Of a stretch of DNA of 64,000 nucleotides, positions 1 to 14,629 are shown piece after piece. The translations under genes were made by a program, and so were the position numbers. Position 1 is the stretch's first letter. The number at the start of each line of letters is the position of its first letter. The DNA lies in assembly GCA_002633005.1 (NCBI GenBank), contig NMRA01000362.1, positions 124,001 to 188,000 of the forward strand, in the 5' to 3' direction. This DNA comes from Phoronis australis. Lineage: Eukaryota; Animalia; Phoronida. A model generated the notes under the pieces. That model saw only the letters and a program-made list of their open reading frames with translations, made no database searches and was not told the DNA's origin.

Positions 1-2409
1 ATCTTCGGCCGGCCAGGCCGTGTTGTAATGACTGACTACCGGTTGAAACATGATGCATATCTTTTCAAAAAGTCCAGGACCCTCAATCCTTCGATTTTGG
101 GTCCGATTATCGGCCCTATTCCCCTCGCAAAAATACTGAAAAATCACGCGAAATTCCCCTCACGAGTCCTAAAAATTTCCCCAAAGTGATTTAAAATTTT
201 CCCTCGAAGTTCAAATCACTTGCAACCCACACTGGTGATAATTTGAAAGAGCACAAAGTATTACTCGAGTCTATGAGAGTTTGCAACAGGGCAATTTGAA
301 ACCGAACACATGAAATAGATGTAAGAATTATGAAATGCAAGAAAGCAGAATTGATGGTCAAAAAATAGCTTCAGTTAGCAGCCTGGTATTTTTACTTTCA
401 TAAAATATAATTTCAATAACATCATCCATGCAGATCAATAAATAAGCAACTTTTAGTTCCGGTAGTGTTTGTCTGACTACGGCCAGGACCGTTGGCAATG
501 CTTGACGTTAATTTTCTTGATCAACAACTTAAACCAGATGACTTGCACACGACAGCAAAATGCCATTAGCCACCACTGTCAAGCGTGTCTTCAAGTCGTC
601 AAAAATACGAGCACGTGACGTGGATCGTGCAAAGCATTTTTATCAACAATTTAAAAGAACAAACGTAACCCCGCATTTACAGTAGTATACATGTTTACCT
701 AATCTGTAACCCGATCGCGGCGATTTGGTCATATTTACTTTTCATGTTTCGAACGTAGTTTTCCGAAAAACTATGCCCTTTCGTTGTCAGACAGCTCTTT
801 GGTGCATTGACTTGTTCTGTAATGTTTTATTTTTTTTACCTCTCTGTGGTTAATTATTGATATATTAAAGATTTAATGTCCAGGTCAGACTCGAAAGACT
901 AGCCATTGATCTCATGCGATGTCAACTTCAGCTTTGTTTACCGCATTAAGCCTCGCTTTGGATTTTAATGTTGGCCCAGTGAATTAGAATTATGAAACTA
1001 GAAAAAAATAAAGGACCAACTACTTTAAGTCAAACACTGTCACCTGAACAAAAGTAATCGATGGCGACCTTTTCAAAAGCGCGCCAAATTCAGGTTCCCA
1101 CTTTGGTAAATTCAAATTTGACATAAGCCACAATATGCCTGTTGCATAGTTCCAAACAGAGACTCAGTTTGCTTCCTCAGCATTCACCATATTTGCGGAC
1201 TAACTTATAAAAACAACTGTTCTTTATAATACTATTTCATTCTCATTGCTATGTCAGCTTTTTACTTTGATACAAAGCGAGAGTAAACTCTTCTTGAATT
1301 ACGCATGTTACTGAAAATACACTCCATTGTCTGGTTACACCCTAATTAAACCGACTGAAGTCAGGTCTCCATCTTTAGATATATTATTAGAAAGTGCCAT
1401 TAGTCCAAAAGTACCACATGATTAAGACGATAACAACTGCTAGAGAAATATTTAATTTGTGAGTAAAAAGATTTTCAAGATTTAGGGAACTTAGTTGAGT
1501 CACTTTTTGGGACAGTTTCAAACAGCCGGGCACTAATGTTGTTACGTACAACGCCATTGTGAAATTTGATGTAGCGCCCTATTATTTAACGCCATTATAA
1601 CAAAAGCTCAAGGCAGTGAAATAAATTTATAAATTAGACAATGTCGTAAAACAACAACTGCTTTATGTTTATTAGGCAAAAACTCTGAGCTGCATATGAA
1701 GTTTTAATCTGTCCTTAACACATGGGGATCCCTAGCACAGGGGTCCCTAAACTTGTCGCGGGGTTAGGAAAATATTGTGAACATCGAAAGCGGGGCAATT
1801 CTCACTGACTACCGGCCAGGAATTGAAGCGACGGATGGCCGGCTGACGATGGAGGATACATCCCAAATTACCATGGCCCCAGATTCCTAAGGCCTGAAAG
1901 ATTAATTCTGCAATGGATATATATACTTAAAAAGTAGTAAAGTAAGAAGCAAACGCTGAAAACAAAAAATAGTACCTGGCAATTTTTCTGGAAACACAGT
2001 CAGTAGTTATGCTGCTTTTGAATATGCAGGATTCGTCTGGAACATTCGCTGACCCTTCATTCAGCACACAAGGCTACAAAAACAAAAAAAAACATGAAAC
2101 TGAAAGAGTAACTATTTAACCCATCCTCCTATGCGGCAAACTAAAACGAAAAATTGTGACCTACATGCCGCGACATTCTACATGTACCGTCCCTCCCGTT
2201 TTTACAATAACAATATGTTCAGGCAAAACTCCAAAATTTTACACGTTTCTTTATGGAAAAACTTTAACGTCTTGGTTAATCATATCATGAACATAACAAC
2301 TAATAATGGAAAACATCCACCGTGAGTTGACAGACGCTCGAAATAGACACCGCTGAAGAAGGGTCATCCTCTACGTGTTTACTACATTACGTAAGTAAGC
2401 GTAAGAACA

Positions 2410-2563
2410 GCCTCCCGTTCAGTAACGCTAGGACCTCGCTAAAAAGCAAGACTTCGTGAGATTACGTGAGATATTGCCGTGTATTTTAAATAAGAACACG
2501 TGACTTTGAATAGGTTCTAGCTAGGTCCTAGCGTAGGTCCTAGCGTCTACTGAACGCACGCCC
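2410..2563. mobile_element. MITE-like element with terminal inverted repeats
   Basis: CGTTCAGTAACGCTAGGACCT (2416-2436) pairs with AGGTCCTAGCGTCTACTGAACG (2535-2556). Confidence 0.55.
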
Positions 2564-3965
2564 GTATTAGCTGTACATCAGCGAATGTCTGGCAGACAGC
2601 GGCGAGAAATGGCGATTTGTAATCAAATCACACAACACAGCTAATAACTTCAAAACGTCTATACTTTTAAATAATAATCTCAAAATAGCGTTTTTTTTCA
2701 GGAGCAAAATCATGGTTTATTTGGCTTGCATAAAATCACAGAGAGGTGTCTTCGCCATTGCGCCGTCAGATGACTGGGACGCTGGATGCTGGCAATGTGT
2801 TTCAGTTTGAGGTTTTTGATTAAAGTTGAAATAATTTCTAAGCTATCAAAGCACACAAAAACGCGAATACGCCAAAATACACTAAATCAATCTAAATCAA
2901 TATAAGCAAATATCAGCAGACCAAAGGGGACAATCTAACAAGCGCCCTCATCAATATCCTTCAATTCCAATACTGACAGGTTTAGAACCGGGAGTATTTT
3001 GTTAAACACGAAATAATGAAGCAAAAAACATAGTCTAAGGATTACCACAAGTTTCAAGCTACGGTCACTGTTGTAGGAAATGCAAAGACATTTGGGCTCG
3101 GAATTGTTGGGCATCTCCACGGCCAGCGCCATACCTCGACCTCGGCTGTCGTCCGCCCAAATGAATCGACCTACAAACATTTTAACAGTTAGGATTGTCT
3201 TACAAATTAAAAACTTACGAAAAGAAAACCTTGATTTGTTCACTGAACGCTGCATGGTATCAACAGAGCAAAAATTTAATGTTGAGTGTCCTACACGTCG
3301 CGTTGTAAGACCATATATCTATGTTCAGGTACCGACATTTTGAAAGCGAATGGCTGTCAAATGTACTCGTTTTGTCTGACAACGGAGCATCCACAGATAA
3401 AAATTCTTTCTAAAGCATATATCCTACAGATAAATTCCGCAACGTATGCCCATCGTCAACTTTATCCCTACAGGTTCTGAAAGCTTTTTGATCGATAAGT
3501 TATGGTCGATCTCAATCAGGCTGTACAGATAAAGATTATAAACCCCTATCAAATGATTTTTCTTTTAAGAACAGACTTCTTGCTCCTTGGCTGATTGATT
3601 GCTTGACCCATTGATTGACTGAATTTATCTAACTGGAGTTACAAGCATCCACAGGAGAAAACGATGAAGACCTGGATTATACAGGTATGCATGAAGCATA
3701 TTTCGACGAGGGCGAAATTAAAATAATAGTTGACTACATGTAACAATTCAAAAGACAACTGTAATATCTAGGAGTATATTTTTCCTCTTGTACAATGTTT
3801 ATGCGTTTTTATTTATATTTCATTCCTTCTACTTGTTTTTGTTCAATGACAGGATTATTTCCTGATATTTACATTTATCTTTCTGATTAATAATATTACC
3901 AGGTATATATGTTTTAATATCAGTATAAATGAAACGACGACACGTTTCACGATTACTTTCACATT

Positions 3966-4149
3966 CACGCATGCGCACATCCGTTTGGCGAAGTGGGCAA
4001 ACAGGCAATCCTCAGAGAAACAAAATGTCCCAAACATTAGAAAACGAGACAAAAGTCCATTAAAAAAGCAGGAACTACCAAAATTCGGCAAATGCACAAT
4101 CAATTCATAACTCTTAACTCATCCCCATTTTAATCTGGGCGCATGCATG
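3966..4149. mobile_element. Shorter, diverged copy of the 9800-10075 MITE, opposite orientation
   Basis: Internal sequence (tttggcgaa.tgggcaaa..gagacaaaag.cca.taaaaa..caggaactaccaaaatt) is the reverse complement of 9890-10012. It ends CTGGGCGCATGCATG. Confidence 0.7.
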
Positions 4150-5450
4150 TCGCTTATACGTGTGTACTACCCCAGATGTTTCGCTGAACTTCAGATAGGC
4201 ATCAACAGTGACTACACAACAAATAAATAGCTCCACAGCAACAGTGCATCACTTCAACTGGTAAGAATCCGACAACCACGTCAATGTCTCGGGGGTAGCT
4301 GTATTCGCTGCTAAAAGGACACTAAACTCTGTTTGGACGATTTCAACCAATCCTCGAGCCAATATATTGTTGGCGGCCATCTTGAAAGTTAGAAGCAAGG
4401 ATCCAGTAAAAACCTAGTCACAGATTGGATATTTTGGTTCTTGGTGGGTGGTCTTTCCTCACAGTTGCCTTATAATTCGTTAAAAGCGTAGGTCACGCTT
4501 GCCTGTTTAGCAGAAAGGAGTTATAAAAGTTTCTTCCAAAAGATTGAGGGTTGTCAATGGTTATAAAACAATATTTTGCTTCAGGGAGTTGAATGGGAAA
4601 GTCGTTATTAATATATGTTAATAGGCGGCCAAGACCGGGTTTGGTATTCTTTTACGTGAGCCTGTTGGTGGAGAATCAGTAGTGAGTCTTTGAAGTGGAA
4701 GTTCAATGATAGTCATAAGCTAATATCTCTCAGCGCATGTACACTGTATGGTCATAGCTGTCTTGTATTGACAGTTGTGTGCCCATGAAGGGGACACTTG
4801 ACTCTTGTGCAACCTTTTGTCAATAATTGTCCTCAGTGCTGATTGACTGAAGATCTAGGGTTCGTACGGTTTTAATTTATCGCTGAAGGTTTGCCACTGA
4901 GTTAGTTTTTGCGTCTGACAAAAAATGTGAAATTTAAGTGGGTTACTATGACGTCACACCAAAATAAGTAACTGATTAAAAATTTTTACACAGTATGGTT
5001 CTTCGTTTTGGCAAGCACCATATTGATAAGCAAGGGTTTAAGTGTAAAAATTCCAGCCTTGCACTGTTTCAAAAGGAAGTTGCAAAGTACATTTACACTG
5101 AAAGATAAATATACAATGTTGCCCTTAGAGATGAACTTAGGGAGGTTTTCGAGAACTGGTCAAATGAAAGATTATTTCATTAATAAGTGTGTAACCAAAA
5201 TTTAATTGAAGGCAAAATGCTTTGTATTTTTTTTTGTACCTGATATAGAAGTTTAAGAGCGTAGTTTCTACCTTCAAGATTTGTTTCTATATTATCCAGA
5301 AGCTCCTGCAAACTAAGTCGCAGGAATCACTTGTATTGTGTGTAACCGTTTGGGTGTTAATTGGTATTCAGGTGACTTAGAACTCCAGGAAGCCGAAGAT
5401 GAGCTGTATATTAAGTTTAATTGTTTCTGTATTGTATTCTGCGATGTCAC

Positions 5451-5606
5451 CAGTGGCGGATTTAGAAGAGGCAAGGGGGCCATGCCTCCTCAATCCTTAA
5501 AATTCTCCCAGATTTCAGTTGACAGTTCGGAAGTGCGAATGTCTGACGGGAAAAATCCTGGCTAATGCTCTGCCCTTCCCCCCAAATCAAAATTCTGGAT
5601 TCCCTG
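5451..5606. mobile_element. CAGTGGCGGAT-type MITE remnant
   Basis: Starts CAGTGGCGGATTTAG with G-rich then C-rich subterminal tracts and ends CTGGATTCCCTG. GTCAC is repeated on both flanks. Confidence 0.45.
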
Positions 5607-8600
5607 GTCACTATAAGAAATAATAAATAGTAAATGTACATGTATAATGCTAAGCTATACTTGCCGGGCCTGCTTCTTTGCAGGTCTGGTGAAATCAGGT
5701 AGTCATTTGCTAGATGTAGCCTCTATGCATTGCAAGCCAAACACAAAATTTCACTGCAGTAACTAAACCCATATTTTGCGTTACGGAACGTACGACCGTA
5801 AATGTAGTTTGTAAAACTCACTGTTTGGGTCGGTCTTGCGTCCCTTAGTGTCCAGGTAGTAGCGATCTTGACTTCCGTCTCTTACAACTCTTAGCCATCC
5901 GTCGCCTGTTTTACTGAACAATCGTACTCTGGCCTTGTACACCGGCTAAAAACACATCACAAACTAAGGTACAGTCCAATACCACAAAAAATGGGACTGC
6001 CAGCACCCGTTTTTTACCACATTGTTAAAATCTAGAGGAAATTCGCTTTCAGAATCTAGTAACGGCTTAGTTAATCATCAACAGCAAAGTAGTGCTTTTG
6101 AGCTAAAAAGTGTCACTGCTGTTGCATCTGGACCTATTTTGTGGTAGTTGTTGCCAAGTTGGCACATATCATGAGTTGTAACTCCGGTATTTAAAGGTCC
6201 GGTGTGTCCAGGGGGACCTTCATACTACAAGTACAATGTAGGCTTCGATTCATCACCAACTTCGTTTTAGCTCACAAACAGGCCCCAATGAGGTCGTTGA
6301 GATACTTGCCATAGACACTATATACTGCTATACTTGTATAAGACCGTTGCCAACCTATAGAAAACTTGAAAAAAATGGTTTAAAAGGCCATGCAGACTGG
6401 GTGCTAACTGAAACTAAGGCATGCAGTCTGAGTTATAACTGTAACTTAGGCTTTAGGTGAATGAATTCCTACTGTATGTAAACCTTCCGCTGTAAGAACG
6501 CATTGGGCTACGTAGGACACAGCTGAACGCACGTATTAGAAAGGATCCAATGTGCTGTCAGTTATGCTGTAATAACCAAACACGAGGTACAAAACAATTA
6601 AGCCGATGTTATTTAGTAGTGCGACATTACTTCAGCCCAAAGATCCTTCTCTCTCTAGTGCGAAGTTAATCCTATGATGTGAAAGCTATCGTGGGTCATC
6701 CAGGTTCATGGTCACCGGGTCGGTTCCCAACAATCATAGAGGGTGGTTTTTGGGTCATCTATTAATTATAAAATGAACGTAAAATGGTAAATGTGCGTTC
6801 AGAGCTCCTAACCGGGATCTCTCCCTCTCTCTCCCACTTCCCAACCACCCTCCCTCCCTAGCTCGCTCCCAGCCTCTATAACCCTCAGTTACTCTGCCGT
6901 AGGCCTACTCGGCACAAAGGCTTTCAAAGTCTAGTATACATGTATGCAACAACAAAAACGGGAACAAAATATTTGTGAATTACAGCAACGCTTATTACCT
7001 CCTGAAAGCTGCCTTTACATATATTATAGCCAGAGTCAATTGAGGCAAGACTTGTCCTAGATCCTTCAGACCAGTTAGAAGATCCGCCAAACTCGTACAA
7101 ATGATGAGGTTTCCAAAGACGAAGTCCGCTATTGCCTAGGGGTTTCAGTGATCCTCCAATTGGTGCCGCCACTTGTGGGCTCCTGTCGGTCGTGTCATGA
7201 CCCTAAGAAAACAAGTTTTTGTGTAGATGTTCACAATAGGCAAGTTAACACGTGCTCTTTGGAGGTGTAATACGAGACTCAAGGGTAAAGGACTTTGACA
7301 TTGGGGCACAGATCGTGGGGCAAGTCTCTGACAAAATGTCAGCAAAAAAATAACACTGTAACTGTGCTGATACAAATATTTTCTGAAAGGAGAAAGCCTG
7401 TTTTTTGCTTTTTAAGTTAATTTATGCTAATCTGGCATTAGTTAAGTCACGTGACCACGCTTTTTGGACAAATTCAGCAAAAATGAAAGACGTATTCAAA
7501 GCAATACAACGGTATCAATGACAATGCCGAATTTGATCTGTTTTTGATAAGAAAGTTCAGCATGACCAAATCTCACAAGCGCTGTATCGCATTTCATAAT
7601 GACACACCATTTTGTTTTCGCTTTAAGCACCTCCTTAGACATTTAGTTGAAAAACATAACTTTGATACCTCCCCATGCAAAAGTGGAACATGAAAACAAT
7701 TAGCAATTGACGTGCTTTGAGATAAGAGCATGCAGTGAAGTACATACACGTGAAAGTTTGGTACGAATTCAATCAGCTATTTCTGAACTCTGACGTTCCG
7801 TTTCCCAGTTGCATGAAATGGTCCCAAAAAGAGACATAAATCTTTTGTGAGTATGACTCGGGGTCCTATAAGCTGTGGCTAAGTTAAACGGGTTTTAATT
7901 GATGATCGACAAAGATGGACGGGGTCAGTATCTCACCGTCATTGACAGAGTGGCTATTAAACAAACAGGCAAAATGTGTGGCGTCGTGACGTGTGAAACC
8001 ATTCTATCAAAGCAGTCAGCTTTTCAAATGCCAGGGAAGAAGGCATTAAATTCAACTGAGAGAACTTTGGAAGTCAGAGGTTATGGGTAAGATCCTCGAA
8101 AAATGATCGAATTTGGGTAGCATTTCTAATTCATATCAAAATTGTTCTTGTATGATTCTCACGAGAAAGTCAAAATTTGCACTGAAAATGAAGATCAATT
8201 AAAATTCAGCAACAGCGTTTTTTAAATTTCACATTTAACATTTATATTAAACAAAATTTGGTCAGGCAATTGGTTCCGTTGTTTTTTTCAAGAATATACC
8301 TAACTTTATACGCTAACGTTTACTAAATCATGGTGAATTAGCTCATACCACATTGGCAAAAAGTCAACTCAGATTCTACACTTTCGGAAAATGTATGCTT
8401 TTACTGAGTTCAATCTGTAGTTTTTTTTTTAGAAATTGGCTAAATACAAGTCCTACATAACCTTAAATGGAATTCCCGCAATATTATGTGCTGCATACTG
8501 ATCTGTGCAAATACGTCACGTGAACCAAAAAGGTCACAGGGAATGGGATTTCCCTTGAGCACATATTTGTGGTAATTTGTTAGCCATGTGATCTTACGTT

Positions 8601-8639
8601 GTAAATAGTAAACCGTAAATTGTGAAATATGTATTGATG

Positions 8640-9799
8640 AGGTTAGAAATGTTGTTAAGAAAACAAAGAAGAACAAAGCCGACGGCTATGACCGTATAAC
8701 TTATGAGGCGTTAAGATTCGAGACTATTGTTGTTTTTCTAACTCAATCGTTCAATGAATCTTTTAAACGTGTGCCTTCTGACTGCTAAAGGCAATTATAA
8801 ACCCGATACCTAAGAATTATACAGACGACCCTAGGTTACCTTTGAACTACCGTGGGATTAGTCTTCTTTCCAATATTTATAAAATCTTTAGTGCTGTGTT
8901 GTATAATGGAATTTTGGGTTTCTGTGAACATAAAAATATTTTTGTTGAGAGCAAAATGGTTTTCGAAGCCAATGGTCCTGTATTGATGACTTATATGTCC
9001 TGTCATCAATTATTCAAACAAGAAAGTCGTCTCATCGTTCTACATTTGTGACATTTGTGGACATGAAGAAAGCTTTTGACTGGACAAACCATGAACTTCT
9101 GTTTTACAAATTACTGCAAAATAATATTAATGGTAGAATGTATGATGCAATTCGTATGGTTTACAGAAGTCCGTTGAACCCTATACGATTAAATGGCACT
9201 CTGTATAGAGGTTGATTCACTCCTGAAAATGGTGTCCGTCAGGAGGACGTATTATCACTGGCACTCTTTGCATTGTATATAAATGACTTAGCTCTGGATA
9301 TTAAAAACTGGGTTAAGGTGTCCAATGTTTTGAACAGTGTCATCAGTTACAAGCTCTCATACAAATATTTAGGCTGTATTCTGGATCAACACCTTGACTT
9401 CAAAGAAAATTCGAATGCGTTATCTGAAGCTTCTGGTAGATCGTTAAATTAAGGAAGATATTTTCAACATTCCGTGATAACAAGAATCTAGGATTCGAAA
9501 CGTTTAAAACGTTATTTAATTCGTGTGTGGCACCAATTTTGGATTACGGGTCATCTGTTTGGGGTTACGAAAATTTTGGTAATGAAGAAAATATTCAAAA
9601 CAGCTATGCGTTTTTATTTAGGGGTCAACCGATTTACAGTCACTCATGCTGTTAGTGGCGACATGGGGTGGGACTCCACCGGAAATAGATTTAAATTGAA
9701 TAGGTGGCATCTTTGGAACAAACTAATAACCGCAGATGGTGATAGGTTACTGAAGAAGGTATTTCTAAGGGACTACTTTAATTTACGCTTACCTTTTCT
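8640..9799 (+). mobile_element. Decayed non-LTR (LINE) retrotransposon reverse transcriptase fragment
   Basis: Frameshifted translation gives KADGYDRITYE, IINPIPK..DPRLPLNYRGISLLSNIYKIF, QNGFR..SCID, FVDMKKAFDW, GVRQEDVLS..LFALYINDL, YKYLG. It contains stops and frameshifts, and the YADD region is missing. Confidence 0.9.
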
Positions 9800-10075
9800 C
9801 ATGTGTGCACCCAGCCTAAAAATACGGGGCGGCTCGAATTTTCGAGAATGTGGACCTTTTACTAAATGAAAAACGGGGTACGTTCAAACCTATGAATTGT
9901 GCAATCGCTAAATTTTGGTAGTTCCTGGCTTTTTAGTGGTCTTTTGTCTCTTTTTCTACTTTTTCGGACTTTTTGTTTCTGGAGGTGGACCTTTTTGCCC
10001 AATTCGCCAAATGGGGGGGCTCTCGGTTCGAGACCCCTGCGCCCGCGCCACCCTCCTCCCCTGGGTGCGCGAATG
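9800..10075. mobile_element. Non-autonomous DNA transposon (MITE) with imperfect ~15-bp TIRs and 6-bp TSD
   Basis: Ends CATGTGTGCACCCAG...CTGGGTGCGCGAATG, flanked by TTTTCT (9794-9799 and 10076-10081). A second copy lies inverted at ~3966-4149. Confidence 0.75.
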
Positions 10076-13000
10076 TTTTCTTGGGACAAAATTCCCAAGA
10101 ATGGGATTCGCTTTGGGAATTTGAAGCTAATTGACTGCAAGCCTCTCACTCCAAATACATCATGAAATCACATTTGTATCAATATTTTTAAACTTTGCTT
10201 GCAAAAGATGGTATCTCTACTTATAATTGTTGGCCTGCTATAATTCAGGTTTTCAACTTTGTGAGTAAAAGGTTCACGAAACTGTTCGGCCGATTAATCA
10301 TGGAATTAAGCACTCGATTCCGCGCCTTTGGGTTGATTTCAGTGGCAACTTTCTTGCCAATAACGTCACCTTAAAGCTACTAACTTACTTGGTCAAAAAA
10401 ACACACTTTGGTAATTTTTGTCGATTCCGTGTGTCTCTGCCCATGTTCGTCTATATAGTATCGAGTTTCTTCACTGTATGTCCTGTGAACCTCTCGTCCG
10501 AATGAAAACAAGTAATTGTCCAAGGTTTTACGATCCATTAAATTATCAGCGTGAAGTCCCTGCAGAATTAAACTAATCCAATCTCGTCAGACTCAGTAAT
10601 CCTCCGTAAATGGGGTGTATTCGTTGTAGCGTGTTCTAAATACACAAGGATGGGAATTCCCCTAAAATTACTACTAGGCCTACTACGTCAACGACAATTA
10701 GGCTGAACCTATATACCTTTGTTGCCTAGGTGATCGGAGGAGCACACTGCATACAGGGCACGTGGGAAATACAACATTGCAAACGCTGCCTGAGCGGGGA
10801 AAGTTCACGTGATTATGTTAACTGGGTATTTTAATTAAAAAACATGTGAAGGGGAAAATCCGCGTTAATGAAGACGTGAGATTTCACGTTGGCCTACCGT
10901 GGATTGTTCGATCATACAACACGTAACATTTCTAGACCATGGCCACGTGATAGCATATTTTTAATAGCATTAAAATTTACATCGGACTAGAGCACAGCGA
11001 AATACAAAAACGTAGGCCTACATGTAGCTTCAACCGATCGACCTCGTCATCAGTAGCATTCACGTCACCCTGAACCCAACTACGACTCAATCTCTAATCA
11101 GTAATAAATTCACACATGCTGACAAGGCTACAATTTGACGATATGTGGTTAATTTTAAACGACAAACCTGCGCAACCGTGACTGCAAATCTCTGTCAACG
11201 CCATCAGATATTCAGTGGAAATTGTCAAATATATCCCGAACTCTTACAGGCCACCAAAACAATCGGTGCTAAGAATATGATTCTTGCGAGCTCGGTTTCA
11301 TCCTGACTGTGTGACCAACATGCCCGCCAGATCCGAGGTGGTCCTTCGAATCCCGGCCCGCATGTCCTGCTGTGTAACTCGACTAACAGAAACCAGGTAG
11401 ACGGAGAGACGAAGCGGCTCCCAACTACATAGCAGATATAATAAAGATTTTTGTATCGCTTACTTTTGCACGGTTAGAACACCACGGTACTAGGTCATGA
11501 TCCCGGGTCAAGCTATCATACACTACTTAGCTATGACTAATATCGGAAGGCGAGATTAAAATGACTACCTGAATATGGGTCACGTTTATGATGTGTCTTT
11601 TTGTGTTGACAATTGTTCAGTCTTTCAAAACGTTCTTTCAACTAAAGGGAACCCTTTTGTCGCAAGAAATTTTATCGGAATGCGCACCCTTTCGCAGGGA
11701 TAATGGTCGTGAAAAAACCGTCTCCCATCTGCGCAGCACCACGTCCACTAATACATGTACATGTTCCTCTTCTGTGCGAGTACCCCCCGGGTTCAAATCT
11801 CTGGTTTGCAGCGGCAAACACAATGCACGAACTTACAGAGTGTGACAGAGAAAGGTCATGTATTGGAAGGATCAGTGTTCGTAAGTGTTCGTCATGGACC
11901 TAAAACAATTAATTTGATACGAGCCGCTGCTGAGCGACTATACAGACCCATTTTCTGACCAGTAGCAATAATGATAAGATAACGTCACTTATATAATGCA
12001 TCCGACCGGAAGCATATAATGTAACTTCCTTGTAATGTTTCCCGTCCGATCTATTATCGTAGTGAGGTATGGCCAAGCGGGCCTGTCGTTAGTATCCAAG
12101 GCATGCCTCGGTATCGAGAACCCAGTCACGTCGCTGTCATAAAAATAGCAAGCCTTCGCGGACGACTTTTCATTTGATACGCCGACACGAAAAATAATTA
12201 ATTCAGTAAAAGTGTTTAGCAAGAATTAATGTTATTAACGAGTATTACTACTAAGAGTTGAATTTTATAAAAATTGCCTATCGGGATCAAGTCATTTAAA
12301 AAATTATGCATCTTATGCGGGCGTATGGTGCTGTATTACCCTGAACATACGGCCGGCTATTGAAATTTCATCTTCACGAATGTGGTCATATTCTTGATGA
12401 CAGTTTTTCTATAAATGCGTCTAGTTTCTTTTCCGGTAAATTTCACTCAAAGATATGATCATGTGACCCAATCAATAACCAATTAGCATTAAGCATATCA
12501 AATTATGCCAACTTAAATACACTCTCTGAAAAATATACGGCGTTTACTGTTTATAGGTATTTCTTGGCTAATCGTTCATAAATACTGAAAGGTATATAGG
12601 CGAACAAACACGCACGCAAGCACTCACGCACATATAGCAAATGTTCATTAAATTAGGGACAACTTTAAAAGCACTACAAAAACAACTCCCATTCCTTCGA
12701 AACATAACTTTGAATTGGATCACAAAAGTGGTTTCAAGCTCCCTTATTCACAATAGAGGTAATTTATGAACTTGGAAGAATACGCCAACAGTTGCGCGGT
12801 GGGGCAACGCTCAAAAATCTACTTATTCACGGTGGGTCATTTCGGCACCGAGCTTGGTCTGCCGCATTAATGACAGCGGCGACTTTCCAAGCCCAGAGAC
12901 TACTACTTAAGATCTCAATAGTTGAGGCCAGTTTTTAATATGGATAACAACTATAAGGAAATAAGAAGCGCTCGTTAGACCTTTTACCTACGGTATTTAT

Positions 13001-14537
13001 CTACGAGGACCAATAATACTTCGGTGCGAAACTTATCTGTTTATGTAATCCCTCTACATTGTGTGTGGGTGAACACAAATATTCGAGCTCAACATGATAC
13101 GTTGAACGAGGGTTTCCTTTCGTCCATTCAATCGACTGTGCGACTCCACTGACCGAGCTTTCGTCCGCATAATCAGTCCAGAACAATCCAGTAATTTATT
13201 TCCGCATTGAAAGCCAAGAGAAAAAGTGTGAGAATTGAAACCAAACGTCTTCTCTTCCTGCATGTCTGTGGGCACTATAGAAGGATGCGAAACCTACTGT
13301 AGAGTAGTTGTCTTGCATGTACATGTATGTGACCCAAATAGTTTCAGACCCCACACAACGCTCTTAGTTTGCGGCATGGTGCAGCTTTGTCTGCAAGTCA
13401 ATGTCAATTCCATGATGAATAGAATCACGTGGGATAAATGTAACTGTCAAAAAATAAATTACATATTTTGCATTGACATGTCTTTATTTTTCGTTCATTT
13501 TGTCAATAAACATTTATTTATGCGCCAAATATGCGAGTCAGTGTTTGAAACCTCAAGGAGTCAAGAAGATGGACGACTTTCACAGACTATTTCCGCGCTC
13601 TAAACAGTTTCGAACAGTTCTCTTTTTGGCATAAAAACATTACTTACTGGCCCAACCCCGAGGTAATGGAAAGGCAGTTTTCGATTTTACCCTTCACACA
13701 GTATCTCTGATGGCAAAAAATAGACCCGTTCCATGCACTTTTTGGGAAGAGTTTAAAACCGTAGTACCCTACAATTTCGAAAATTTATTTCCAAATCACT
13801 ACCTGACCAAGAAAAGCAACCGGGAGGCAGCGTTGATATGTTCCCAAAGTGTGTATGGTATGCATGGATTGCGTGCACCATAGGGGGCTGGGGGGGCTAT
13901 AGCCCCACTAATTTCAGAGCTGCACCGCCCATGATGGTATGTAGCACAGACACAAGGGGTGATTTCTATTTTAAAGCAATGCTTCACTAGTAAACTTAAA
14001 ATAGCCTCCAGGGATTGCATAGCAAGTCATTCTGCCCAAACACCAGGGGTTCAAAGGTCAGATAGGTCCAAACATGTCATCTGCTGTCATGTTTATAGAA
14101 ATGCAGTTCTTGCAAAATTTCACAAAATATCTTGAAGGGAGAAACAGTTGCAAATGGGAAAAAAGTAAACTGCAACTAGGGGGCGTCACAGCAGTCAAAA
14201 TTGTCCAAATACCGTCAGCCATGCTCTTCCCAGAAGGAACAAATTTACCAATTTTCATAACACTTCTTAGAGTGGTTTGGCCGATACAGAGATGGACGCT
14301 AAAAACCGATTCAAACATTCTAAAAATGTCAACCAGGAGGCCTACACTACGGAAAATCCATCAGAAAACAAAAAGGTGTCATCGCCTCATCAACAGAAAT
14401 CTATTTACCAAATTTCATGAAGAGTCATAGATTAAGTCATAGGACAACCAGTCCTTTTGTGTCTACACGTACTTTTAGTAAGTGACAGATCAGTGTGATC
14501 AAGATTGTCTCTCTTCTTTCCTTATAAAGCTCAAGTA

Positions 14538-14629
14538 CCTTGCCCCTTGTCTACAGAAAACCTTGCCCCTTGTCTACAGAAAACCTTGCCCCTTGTCTAC
14601 AGAAAACCTTGCCCCTTGTCTACAGAAAA
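14538..14629. repeat. Minisatellite, 4 perfect copies of a 23-bp unit
   Basis: (CCTTGCCCCTTGTCTACAGAAAA)x4. Confidence 0.95.

Noticed and set aside
9862-10165. Three overlapping ORFs on both strands
   Set aside because: They lie in the GC-rich MITE and have no protein-like features.
11025-11056. Minus-strand CTGATGA..GAAG as a hammerhead ribozyme
   Set aside because: The GAAA core is not intact and I could not build convincing stems I/III. No hammerhead core was found in the visible PLE arms either.
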